From the NCBI GenBank assembly GCA_965204245.1, contig CBDBED010000006.1, positions 112,029 through 144,028 of the forward strand: a stretch of 32,000 bases of DNA, given 5' to 3'. Under the pieces are notes generated by a model. That model saw only the letters and a program-made list of their open reading frames with translations. It was not told where the DNA came from and did not search any database. Each line of letters starts with the position of its first letter. Position 1 is the first letter of the stretch. A program made the position numbers and the translations under genes. This document shows, in pieces, positions 16,151 to 23,927 of the stretch. The DNA is from Dehalococcoidia bacterium (GTDB lineage: Bacteria > Chloroflexota > Dehalococcoidia > Lucifugimonadales > JAAXIE01).

Positions 16151-17131
16151 GTGGTCATCTCGCTGCTCACATTCAAGACCGTGCTGCTCCTCTCGGTGTG
16201 GGTCTTGATTTCTGCTTTTTTCGCTGGATTCCTCTCGATTCCTCTCCTTCTCCTGTGTGCCTTAACTTTGATGTTCGTTCATCGCCATTTCTTGGAACTT
16301 CAGACTGTGCGAGTAATGGCGTGGATAATCGCTGCCTTCGTTTGCGTTTCCTTTTTCTCTGCAGGTGTGCGGATGTTGACCACAATCGACATATTTGAGA
16401 GCACTCCTTGGTTAGGCGCGTCGCTCCGATCTCCAAGTACATACTGGTTCGAATTATTCCTCGGAACCGTGGCAGGCCTGAAATGGCCTAAGGCGTTGTT
16501 CCCATCCTTTCAATTGCTACAAACCCGTCGGGAGTTCAGCATCGCCGCCAATATCGTCGTGATAGCCCCCTTCGCATTCATTAGCGGATTCTTGCTAACA
16601 CTGAACGGCATCTGGCCGTTGTGGATACCTCTGGCGCTGGAATGGTTTCCAGTACTCAGTGTTGTGTGGTATTTCGGGTCTGTAGCCTCCGCATTACTGG
16701 TTGTTGTACTGCTGGCGGCAATATCAGTAGAGTGGCCCGGCTTCACAGCACAAACACGGCGTGTGGTTCTCGGTGGGCTCTCCGCGATCGCCGTGACGAC
16801 CATTTTGCAGGTGCCTTTGCGTGAGTTAGCGGATGTTGTAGTCCAACTGGCCCAGCAGAGTGTTTACTTCTCCCAACCCCGCGTTACCGCCGGTACCGTG
16901 ATTCTGATCTGGGTCTCAAGTGCAAAGGTGGTCTCCGGGTTGGGACTCATCTTGGGAATTTGGGCGGGATTGCGATGGCCGTACCGGCTATTGTTGCCTG
17001 CCCGGCTATCGGAAGGCACGCCGAGGGTTAGGTTTGCTAAGAATGTTGCAGCGGTGGTGGTCTACTTGATACTGGCTCTCCTCGCACACGTCACCATCTC
17101 ACTTTGGATGACATTTCTGGTTTGGGACTAG
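16151..17131 (+). CDS. polytopic membrane protein, unknown family (paralog B)
   Basis: GTG start with SD GGGAGAA 6-7 nt upstream. Collinear motif matches to paralog A. Confidence 0.7.
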   Translation: MVISLLTFKTVLLLSVWVLISAFFAGFLSIPLLLLCALTLMFVHRHFLELQTVRVMAWIIAAFVCVSFFSAGVRMLTTIDIFESTPWLGASLRSPSTYWFELFLGTVAGLKWPKALFPSFQLLQTRREFSIAANIVVIAPFAFISGFLLTLNGIWPLWIPLALEWFPVLSVVWYFGSVASALLVVVLLAAISVEWPGFTAQTRRVVLGGLSAIAVTTILQVPLRELADVVVQLAQQSVYFSQPRVTAGTVILIWVSSAKVVSGLGLILGIWAGLRWPYRLLLPARLSEGTPRVRFAKNVAAVVVYLILALLAHVTISLWMTFLVWD

Positions 17132-17199
17132 TCACCCGCTTCAACTCTTTCCACAATCAACATCTTGACATCAAAAACACACGACATCATGATGCCTGT

Positions 17200-17463
17200 A
17201 TGAGAACCACACTCACACTCGACGACGACGTAGCCAACTACCTCAAGGAGCAGTCCCTGCTCCTGAACAAGCCCTTCAAGCAGGTGGTCAACGACACCCT
17301 GCGCCGGGGGATGTCGCCCACCGGGCCCACCGAGCGGCCTAAGTTCAAGGTCAGGCCCTTCAGCAGTGGCGGGTTCCTTCCGGGGGTAGACCCTGACAAC
17401 CCTAAGAAGTACATGGAAGACCTCGAGATTCAAGAGTTCTTCAGAAAGAATCCCGACTGGTGA
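17200..17463 (+). CDS. vapB: VapB-family antitoxin (MRTTLxLDDD type)
   Basis: MRTTLTLDDDVANYLKEQ... is the hallmark N-terminus of the VapB antitoxin family. The stop overlaps a GTGA junction with the toxin-start remnant. Confidence 0.75.
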   Translation: MRTTLTLDDDVANYLKEQSLLLNKPFKQVVNDTLRRGMSPTGPTERPKFKVRPFSSGGFLPGVDPDNPKKYMEDLEIQEFFRKNPDW

Positions 17464-17510
17464 TCATACCCGACACCAACCTGCTTTGCCCTTGCCCTCC
17501 GATAACGTAG
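17460..17510 (+). pseudogene. 5' remnant (16 codons) of a PIN toxin gene
   Basis: GTGATCATACCCGACACCAACCTGCT (VIIPDTNLL) matches the start of the intact vapC at 17738 in 23 of 26 nt. It then diverges and stops at TAG 17508-17510. Confidence 0.7.
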
Positions 17511-17522
17511 GAGAAACGTGAG

Positions 17523-17741
17523 ATGTTAGAGATTACCTGTTTGAATTGCCAGCAAATTGTGAAGTGCGACACGCTTCACCATACTTGCCCCAATGACAAG
17601 TGCGGTGTGAAGTGGCAAGTTCTGGATGGTGACCCTAAGTTCATCGTAACCGGCTACGCGCCGGGTATCAATCCATTGAAACTCAATCAACTGCTCGATG
17701 AGCTTGAAACCGAGGATTTCCTGAGCAAGAACTCGAAGTGA
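17523..17741 (+). CDS. zinc-ribbon antitoxin-like protein (chimeric VapB C-terminus)
   Basis: N-terminal CLNC...CPNDKC. The C-terminus PGINPLKLNQLLDELETEDFLSKN parallels PGVDPDNPKKYMEDLEIQEFFRKN of the preceding VapB. SD GGAGAA lies upstream. The junction with vapC is a GTGA overlap. Confidence 0.65.
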   Translation: MLEITCLNCQQIVKCDTLHHTCPNDKCGVKWQVLDGDPKFIVTGYAPGINPLKLNQLLDELETEDFLSKNSK

Positions 17742-18166
17742 TCATTCCCGACACCAACTTGTTAGTCTACGCCCACAACACCGCCGACCCTAACTACGGG
17801 CTGGCCCACGACTGGTGGAATGAACTTATGGAAGGCAGTGAGCAGGTTGGCCTCCCTTGGGTCGTCACGACAGGATTCGCGCGGCTGATGACGAGTTCCA
17901 GGTTGCTCAGTCGACCACTTACACCGGAAGCAGTATTCGATTCCGTACAGGAGTGGTTCCAATTCCCCCACATCTCCCCCATCAACCCCGGCGCCGACCA
18001 TCTCACTCTCTTCAGGCAGAACCTCACCGCAGCGGGCGTCGGCGGCAACCTTGTCACCGATGCCCACATAGCCGCCCTCGCCATGGAACACCAAGCCGAG
18101 GTCCACTCCAACGATGCCGACTTCTCCCGCTTCCCCGGCCTTCGCTGGCGCAACCCGCTCCGATGA
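17738..18166 (+). CDS. vapC: PIN-domain ribonuclease toxin VapC
   Basis: IIPDTNLLVYA (first Asp), the GLPWVVTTGF region, TDAHIAALA and SNDADF give the four conserved acidic positions of PIN. Confidence 0.85.
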   Translation: MIIPDTNLLVYAHNTADPNYGLAHDWWNELMEGSEQVGLPWVVTTGFARLMTSSRLLSRPLTPEAVFDSVQEWFQFPHISPINPGADHLTLFRQNLTAAGVGGNLVTDAHIAALAMEHQAEVHSNDADFSRFPGLRWRNPLR

Positions 18167-18210
18167 CCCGTGCGGGAGAGCCCTGCGCGACTCCTCACAT
18201 CACCCTCAAC

Positions 18211-18239
18211 TTGAATGAAATCCGGTCTCAGGTTACAAT
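18211..18239 (+). promoter_or_regulatory. sigma70-like promoter for the GlcG-like gene pair
   Basis: TTGAAT, a 17-nt spacer, then TACAAT, about 70 nt upstream of ATG 18308. Confidence 0.45.
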
Positions 18240-18307
18240 AACAACCGCCGATTAGCCGTGACTCCTACCGAGCGTCCGGCTACCCTGAAGCTATAGGAGT
18301 TGAGACC

Positions 18308-18772
18308 ATGGCCGACCGTCTTACCTTGGATGAAGCTCGCGCCATTATCGACCGTGCCGTCGAGAAGGGCACGGAGGTGGGCTACAACTCCTGCTGGGCC
18401 ATCACCGACGAGGGCGGAAACGTCCTCTCCATCTCCAGGATGGACGGGGCCCCAGCGGCCGCCGTGCCCACCGCGCGGGCAAAGGCCTACTTGGCTGCCG
18501 TGATGAAGGGCCCCACGGGCGGCTTCTCCGAGCGCATGCACCGCGTCCCCGAACGCTGGGCTGCCTACCAGCAGTTCCTCCCCCAGCCGGGCTTCCCCGG
18601 CCCAGGCGGTATGCCCATCCACAAGGACGGCGATGTGGTCGGCGGCTTCTCCAGCAGCCTGTCGGTGCGTGTGCCCGACAAAGAAGTGCCCAAGGAGGAC
18701 GGGCAGGACGTCAACCTAGAGGACTATGTCACCTGCTACGCCCTCGATGTCCCCTACAAGACCCAGCATTAG
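18308..18772 (+). CDS. GlcG/HbpS-like (DUF336) heme-binding protein
   Basis: LTLDEARAIIDRAVEKG...AITDEGGNVLSISRMDGA...ARAKAY...GGMPI..DGDVVGG. SD TAGGAG. Confidence 0.8.
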   Translation: MADRLTLDEARAIIDRAVEKGTEVGYNSCWAITDEGGNVLSISRMDGAPAAAVPTARAKAYLAAVMKGPTGGFSERMHRVPERWAAYQQFLPQPGFPGPGGMPIHKDGDVVGGFSSSLSVRVPDKEVPKEDGQDVNLEDYVTCYALDVPYKTQH

Positions 18773-18816
18773 TCAAGACAAGCGCGGGCGCACTGCCCGC
18801 CAGAGGTTGTACGAAA

Positions 18817-19206
18817 ATGCCGATGACACTGGCCGAGGCCCGAGGCTACGCAGACAAGGCGATCTCCAAGGCCCGCGAAATGGGACTCCAGATATCCCTA
18901 GCCGTGGTGGATGAGTTCGGACAACTCGTTCAAATGGACCGCATGGACGGCGCGTCCCTCATGTCGCCCGACATCGCCGAGGCCAAGGCCGTCACCGCCC
19001 TCAACTTCCGCCGTCCCACCAGTGCCGTTGCCCAGCAGGTCAACCCCGACATCCTGCGCAGCATCCAAGCCTCGGTCCACTTCAACATCCTAGCCGCCGC
19101 TGGTGGCGTCCCCATCTACAGGGACGGCGACCTGGCCGGGGCCATAGGCGTCAGCGGGGCCACCGGGGAGCAGGACGAGGAAGTGGCGAGCGCAGGGGCG
19201 GCATAA
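18817..19206 (+). CDS. GlcG/HbpS-like (DUF336) heme-binding protein, tandem paralog
   Basis: MTLAEARGYADKAISKAREMGLQISLAVVDEFGQLVQMDRMDGA...GGVPIYRDGDLAGAIGVSGATGEQDEE. Confidence 0.85.
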   Translation: MPMTLAEARGYADKAISKAREMGLQISLAVVDEFGQLVQMDRMDGASLMSPDIAEAKAVTALNFRRPTSAVAQQVNPDILRSIQASVHFNILAAAGGVPIYRDGDLAGAIGVSGATGEQDEEVASAGAA

Positions 19207-19239
19207 CTCCGGCACCCCCCACAGACGAAACACATCAAG

Positions 19240-19276
19240 AAAGCCCTCCCCGAATCGGGGAGGGCTTTGCTTTTTC
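19240..19276. terminator. intrinsic terminator between convergent genes
   Basis: AAAGCCCTCCCCG-AAT-CGGGGAGGGCTTT is a perfect 13-bp stem followed by GCTTTTTCT on the + strand. On the - strand the trailing tract is weaker. Confidence 0.7.
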
Positions 19277-19292
19277 TAAGAACGACCACCGG

Positions 19293-20495
19293 CTACCAAG
19301 GCTTGGTCGTAAGCCTCAGATACCGCGCAGCGTTCTCCCACATCATCTTGTCCAACACCTTCTTGCCCAAGATTCCCTCCCAGCCGATTGCCATGTCGGT
19401 GTGGTCGGGGTAGATGGTCTCCGGGTGCGGGTAGTCCGATTCATACATGAGCACATGGTCGCCAAGAATGTCCGCCACCGCCTTGGTCATCTCTGCGCCC
19501 TCAAAGAGGTCCACGCTGCAGAAGACGCGCCCCTGCTCGGTGTATTCCAAGGGACTGTATTTCAGGTCGGGCGAGACGGACCCTCGCACATAGTCAATCT
19601 GCCGGGTCAGGCGCAGCAGCCACTGCGGTAGCCACCCATGTCCGCACTCCATGGTCCCGATGCGCAGGTTGGGGTAGCGGTCCAGCATCCCACCCATCAG
19701 CATGAATGACATGAAGCGCTGCCCTCCCCAAGTCTGCCCGGCGCAGCGACCCATGGCAGGGTTGTCCCAGATGTCGCGATAGCCCGGGAAATAGGGAGGC
19801 TCGATGTGGAACCCGTGGTACATGATGGGGAAGTTGCCCTCATTCGAGGCCTTCCAGATTGGCTCCAAGTCCGGGTCATCTATGGGCATATCCGTCGGCA
19901 GCAGGGGCCACACCGCAGCAGCCCAGTCCTGGTTTATGTGGTCGCGTATCACTTGGGCCGACCACTCAGGGTCCCGCCCCGGCACCAGCACCATGCTCTT
20001 CAAGCGCCGGCTATCGGCAGAGCAGTAATCAGCCATGTACTGGTGGTATGCACGGTACAGGCCCTTCTCCAGCCCCAAGTCCATGGCGGGAGCGCCATAA
20101 GCCCACGGGCCGGGGATGATGAAGTCGATATCCCGCCCCTCCACATCCATATCTTCCAACCGGCCCGTCGGGTTGTCCTCCGCGGCACCGACCGCGATGG
20201 GTATTCGGTTTGCCATCTGGGTGCGCCCTGCTAGGTTGTGCGTGCCGCTCGTGTCGGCATCCGTTGGGGGTTTCGCGCCCGCTATCCTCTGATACCGCAC
20301 CGGAGCAATGGAGATAATGGATATCTCCTCCCTGTCCTCCGCGTCCCCCTGCCCCGGCCGTGGCGTTACCGCCCGCAGGTACGGCTTCAGGTCATTCATG
20401 CGGTTCTTCATATCCTGGTCGGCATGGTCCAGCAACACTTCAACACAGGGATTCACATGGGTATCGATATCTATCACTCGGTAGCCTTGCCTCAA
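19293..20495 (-). CDS. amidohydrolase family 2 protein (second copy)
   Basis: YRVIDIDTHVNP..., ...HGFH..., ECGHGWLP and ESDYPHPE. Start set to TTG 20493-20495 because SD GAAGGAGG lies 6 nt upstream. No ATG precedes the conserved N-terminus. Confidence 0.85.
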   Translation of the reverse strand: MRQGYRVIDIDTHVNPCVEVLLDHADQDMKNRMNDLKPYLRAVTPRPGQGDAEDREEISIISIAPVRYQRIAGAKPPTDADTSGTHNLAGRTQMANRIPIAVGAAEDNPTGRLEDMDVEGRDIDFIIPGPWAYGAPAMDLGLEKGLYRAYHQYMADYCSADSRRLKSMVLVPGRDPEWSAQVIRDHINQDWAAAVWPLLPTDMPIDDPDLEPIWKASNEGNFPIMYHGFHIEPPYFPGYRDIWDNPAMGRCAGQTWGGQRFMSFMLMGGMLDRYPNLRIGTMECGHGWLPQWLLRLTRQIDYVRGSVSPDLKYSPLEYTEQGRVFCSVDLFEGAEMTKAVADILGDHVLMYESDYPHPETIYPDHTDMAIGWEGILGKKVLDKMMWENAARYLRLTTKPW

Positions 20496-20615
20496 GGGAG
20501 ACCTCCTTCGAGTTTCAGCCCTACCGTCAACGGCAGGCGGATTTGAGCCGATTTTAGTGCCATGGCAGGCATGGAGCAACACGGCATTGACTCTATCGCC
20601 CGTTGGGCCCCTCTA

Positions 20616-20644
20616 TTGGCAACAGACCGCGCCGGGCGTATAAC
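20616..20644 (+). promoter_or_regulatory. sigma70-like promoter upstream of small ORF 20666
   Basis: TTGGCA, a 17-nt spacer, then TATAAC, ending about 20 nt before ATG 20666. Confidence 0.4.
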
Positions 20645-20665
20645 TAGGCTGAAGGTGCATAAGCC

Positions 20666-20872
20666 ATGAGCGACGACAAGAAAACCGACCCGTTCGACAA
20701 GCATCGGGACGCCGAAGGGCATGTCCTACGCCGCTGGGGCCACCTTGAGGTGACCGACGAGCAGCGCGACATCGTAGCAAAGAGCATGGAAGCTTGGCGG
20801 GTCTACAACGAAACCGGCGATGCCAGCCTGCTCAAGGAACTTGGCATTCTCCCGCCACCCAAGCCTCAATGA
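20666..20872 (+). CDS. small hypothetical protein (68 aa)
   Basis: ATG preceded by GAAGGTG and the promoter-like element above. The sequence is charged and non-repetitive. No family recognised. Confidence 0.5.
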   Translation: MSDDKKTDPFDKHRDAEGHVLRRWGHLEVTDEQRDIVAKSMEAWRVYNETGDASLLKELGILPPPKPQ

Positions 20873-20904
20873 GGCCCTAGCAGGACCAGCCTGCCCAGCG
20901 TGGA

Positions 20905-21147
20905 CTACGAAAGGGGCGGAGTAGCCCAAGCACCCTCAGACTCGCCGGGCCGCAAGTCCGGGTCAAGCCAGCGGGCAAAGACGCTGTGAGGCGCACGGGT
21001 CAGCGCTTCCAGTTCCAGCGGGTCCAAGTAGACTTCGCGCCCCGTCTGCACGTCGCGGATATGCAGACGGCTGCCATTGGCCGAGTCATCACGCGCCACC
21101 TCTACCGTGGCGAACTCGTTCTTCAGTACCACCCGCTCCTGTTCCAT
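20905..21147 (-). CDS. small hypothetical protein (80 aa) trailing RHD set 2
   Basis: Starts 22 nt after the beta-subunit stop, on the same strand. MEQERVVLKNEFATVEVARDDSANGSRLHIRDVQTGREVYLDPLELEAL. Confidence 0.55.
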   Translation of the reverse strand: MEQERVVLKNEFATVEVARDDSANGSRLHIRDVQTGREVYLDPLELEALTRAPHSVFARWLDPDLRPGESEGAWATPPLS

Positions 21148-21169
21148 CGTCTGCCTGCAAGCCCTTCGC

Positions 21170-21685
21170 TCAGAGAATAAAGGTGAGGTTATAAAGAGGC
21201 ATATCCCGGTCTATCAGCAGCACCTTCTTCAGTGCTATGCGCCAGCCGCCATCCTGCGACACCAACCGATAGAAGCAGCGCCCCGCCAGCGCCCGCTGGT
21301 TCCCAAGCCCTCTCTGTAGCGCTTGGTGGTCCCCAGGGCGCAACTCAAGGATGAGCACATTGCACCGCAGGTGCGCTTCCCCATCCGGGGCAGGCTCCAC
21401 TTCAACATTCGACAGATAGTGGATTGTGCGCGAGGCGGGCAACTGGGAATACCGCGCGCCCTGCCGTAGCTGGTGTACCCGCTTTTCCCGCTGCAATGGG
21501 TCGTCGTGTATCACCGAGGCTTGCCGCTCCGGGTCATCCTCCTCGTCAATGGGCAGCCAGTACATGCCATCGGAGGTGAAGAGCCCCAGCCACTCCTCCA
21601 ACCGGTCTTCGTCCAGCAGACGAGCCTCCATGTAAAGGAAGTCCTCGGCCTCTTGGCGGGTCATGTTGCGTGCTAGGGTAGCCAT
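21170..21685 (-). CDS. aromatic ring-hydroxylating dioxygenase beta subunit (set 2)
   Basis: QEAEDFLYMEARLLDEDRLEEWLGLFTSDGMYWLP is the NTF2-like beta-subunit signature. ATG lies 3 nt after the alpha stop. Confidence 0.9.
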   Translation of the reverse strand: MATLARNMTRQEAEDFLYMEARLLDEDRLEEWLGLFTSDGMYWLPIDEEDDPERQASVIHDDPLQREKRVHQLRQGARYSQLPASRTIHYLSNVEVEPAPDGEAHLRCNVLILELRPGDHQALQRGLGNQRALAGRCFYRLVSQDGGWRIALKKVLLIDRDMPLYNLTFIL

Positions 21686-21688
21686 CCG

Positions 21689-22969
21689 TTAGCCCCCATG
21701 CCCATTGCCGTTCCCCATGATCCTCGACCAAGCGCGCCAGACCGCCCGCTGCGGCACTTCATCCATGCGGCCCCCCACCGTCTCCCCATCAGGCCGTCGC
21801 TCCTCCCGCATCAAGCCACGGGACAAATGCAGCCAGTCCAGCTTGTTGGCCGCCAGCCCGCTCTGTACGCGGGCATATATCTCCGCATCGTCGGTATTCA
21901 CCGCTCCGGATATGAACGACCCTGAAGACACCGATATGTCTTGGGCGATGCGCCGGAAGATCGCCTTGTTCACCCGGTCAGGGACTTCCTCCAGTTCCAC
22001 GGGGTATTCATAGATGATGGTGCGGTCCACTGCCACCGGCTGTATCACCCGGAACTTGAACTCCATCAAGTGCAGGTTCGGAAACAGCGCGATATGGCGC
22101 CTCATATAGAGTTGGTCCGCCTTGTCCTTGCCGTAAGTCTCCCGCAGCAAGTCCAAGTGCTGGTCAAACTCCTCTCCCACCTCAGGAGGCACATCATTAC
22201 GCTCAGCCTCCAGCAGGCCATGCCCCTGTGGGAACCCGCGGGTGCAGCCCGGCCAGCCCACGGTCCTGCCGCGAGAGCCATACTCCTCGATGGTCTGCAG
22301 GGCCGATTCGTGTACGTAGCGGGCATGCCACCCATCGGTGGAGTTCTCGATTTGGCACTTCCAGTTGGCAGGGAAATACGCCCGGTATGGCTTGCCCAAC
22401 TGCACCCGGCCCACTGGTGAATGGTCAAACCAGTAGTCCACGTAGGTCTTCAGGGCACCCAGGTGCTCTTCCAACGAGGGCACGTTCTCATTGAAACTGG
22501 CGAAAATCATACCCCGGCACGACTCCACTCTCGGGGCCATCACCAGACCGCCGATTCCGTCTTCCCAACCTTCCGGGTATCCCTCGCGGTCAGCCACGCC
22601 CACCACTGCGCCGTCGTTCCGGTAGACCCAACTATGGTACGGACACCGGAAAAAGCGCGAGTTGCCCCGCTCGTCACGACATACGGCAGCCCCACGGTGG
22701 CGGCAGATGTTCAGCAGCACGTGGACTTGGTCTTCAGAACTTCGGGTAACGATTACCGGCATCCGGCCGATGGCCGCAGTGCGGTAATCTCCAGGCTGAG
22801 CAATCTCACTCTCATGGGCCACATACACCCAGTTGTTCTCGAAGATGTTCCGCATCTCCTGCTCGAACACGGCAGGGTCTGCATAGGCCCTGGTGTGCAC
22901 CCTGAAGTTGTCTCTCTCCTCCGACACCAAGTGGTCGTAGGTAGTCCCCAAGTGAGTCTCCGAAATCAT
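21689..22969 (-). CDS. Rieske ring-hydroxylating dioxygenase alpha subunit (set 2, divergent type)
   Basis: CRHRGAAVC...CPYHSW, then NWKCQIENSTDGWHARYVHES. ATG 22969 with SD GGAGG 8 nt upstream is preferred over TTG 22984. Confidence 0.9.
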   Translation of the reverse strand: MISETHLGTTYDHLVSEERDNFRVHTRAYADPAVFEQEMRNIFENNWVYVAHESEIAQPGDYRTAAIGRMPVIVTRSSEDQVHVLLNICRHRGAAVCRDERGNSRFFRCPYHSWVYRNDGAVVGVADREGYPEGWEDGIGGLVMAPRVESCRGMIFASFNENVPSLEEHLGALKTYVDYWFDHSPVGRVQLGKPYRAYFPANWKCQIENSTDGWHARYVHESALQTIEEYGSRGRTVGWPGCTRGFPQGHGLLEAERNDVPPEVGEEFDQHLDLLRETYGKDKADQLYMRRHIALFPNLHLMEFKFRVIQPVAVDRTIIYEYPVELEEVPDRVNKAIFRRIAQDISVSSGSFISGAVNTDDAEIYARVQSGLAANKLDWLHLSRGLMREERRPDGETVGGRMDEVPQRAVWRAWSRIMGNGNGHGG

Positions 22970-23039
22970 ACTAGTAGCCTCCAAAGGCGTTACTTGGATT
23001 CGACGGTGCGTGGGAGCAGCGACGAGGATTAGCCTATTC

Positions 23040-23792
23040 CTAAGATTCTCGTAGACGCCGGATCTCCTCTTTCAGCCTCATCACTTGCTCCTCCGCAGCC
23101 TGACGGGCTTGGTCCGCAGCCTCACGGGCTTCAGCTTCGGCTTGGCGAGCGCGGATTTCTGCTTGGTGGGCGGCTCTCTCCTCCTCAAACGTGGGCAAGT
23201 AGTCTTCCGCCTGCCAGTCCCAGAATCGCAGGTTTCCGTCTTCCCAACAGAGGGCTAGGTTAAGGGCCTCGCTGTGGCCCCAGTAGCCGCCTGACGCTGT
23301 GCGGTGAATTTCGATGGGCTGGTAGACGCCCTGCACCAAGCGTTCTCCCGCTAAAGCCGTCTCGTACTGCTCACCGTCCGTGGGGTCGAACCGCCAATAC
23401 TCCCCCACCTGCATGGAAGCGTAACCTTCCTTTTTTACCGTCTCGTCCCTCGATGCAGTAGTCTTCGACGCCACCTCCATGACGAAGTCCGGCGGCTTTC
23501 CCTGCTCGGGGATTAGATAGCCGTTTCGTGCTCGATAGGCAGGCGGGTTCACATCGAAGGCCACCAGCAAATCGGGGAAGAGAATGCCCTCATAACTTGC
23601 GGTCGGCCTCACCCCGCTGGCCAACTCGCTGCTGATGATGGTGGTCTCAGGCTTTCCAAAATGCAGCATCAGGCACGCAGGATAGGCAGGGTAGTTAACG
23701 TGATGGAACGCAGTCATCTCTTCGGGTGGCGGGTCGGGAAATTGGACAATCTCCGCTGCGTCCTGTGTTGGAATAACGGGCTTCGTGGTCAT
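23040..23792 (-). CDS. Uma2-family (DUF820) putative endonuclease with C-terminal coiled-coil tail
   Basis: Core PDLLVAFD...PDFVMEVAS...KKEGYASMQVGEYWRFDP matches the Uma2 PD-(D/E)xK-like pattern. The tail AEIRARQAEAEAREAADQARQAAEEQVMRLKEEIRRLRES is heptad-like. Start trimmed to ATG 23792. Confidence 0.85.
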   Translation of the reverse strand: MTTKPVIPTQDAAEIVQFPDPPPEEMTAFHHVNYPAYPACLMLHFGKPETTIISSELASGVRPTASYEGILFPDLLVAFDVNPPAYRARNGYLIPEQGKPPDFVMEVASKTTASRDETVKKEGYASMQVGEYWRFDPTDGEQYETALAGERLVQGVYQPIEIHRTASGGYWGHSEALNLALCWEDGNLRFWDWQAEDYLPTFEEERAAHQAEIRARQAEAEAREAADQARQAAEEQVMRLKEEIRRLRES

Positions 23793-23857
23793 GGTGGCCT
23801 CAGACCAGGGGAGTGTGCCTGCATTATACCGACCGGCCCCTGCCCCGTCACCTAACC

Positions 23858-23886
23858 TTGACCCCTCAAATACCCATTGATACGAT
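23858..23886 (+). promoter_or_regulatory. sigma70-like promoter for RHD set 3
   Basis: TTGACC, a 17-nt spacer, then TACGAT, about 40 nt before ATG 23928, which has SD AAGGAGG. Confidence 0.45.
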
Positions 23887-23927
23887 GCCCCCAGCCAGAG
23901 CCCACACCATAAGGAGGGCGCACCCGC

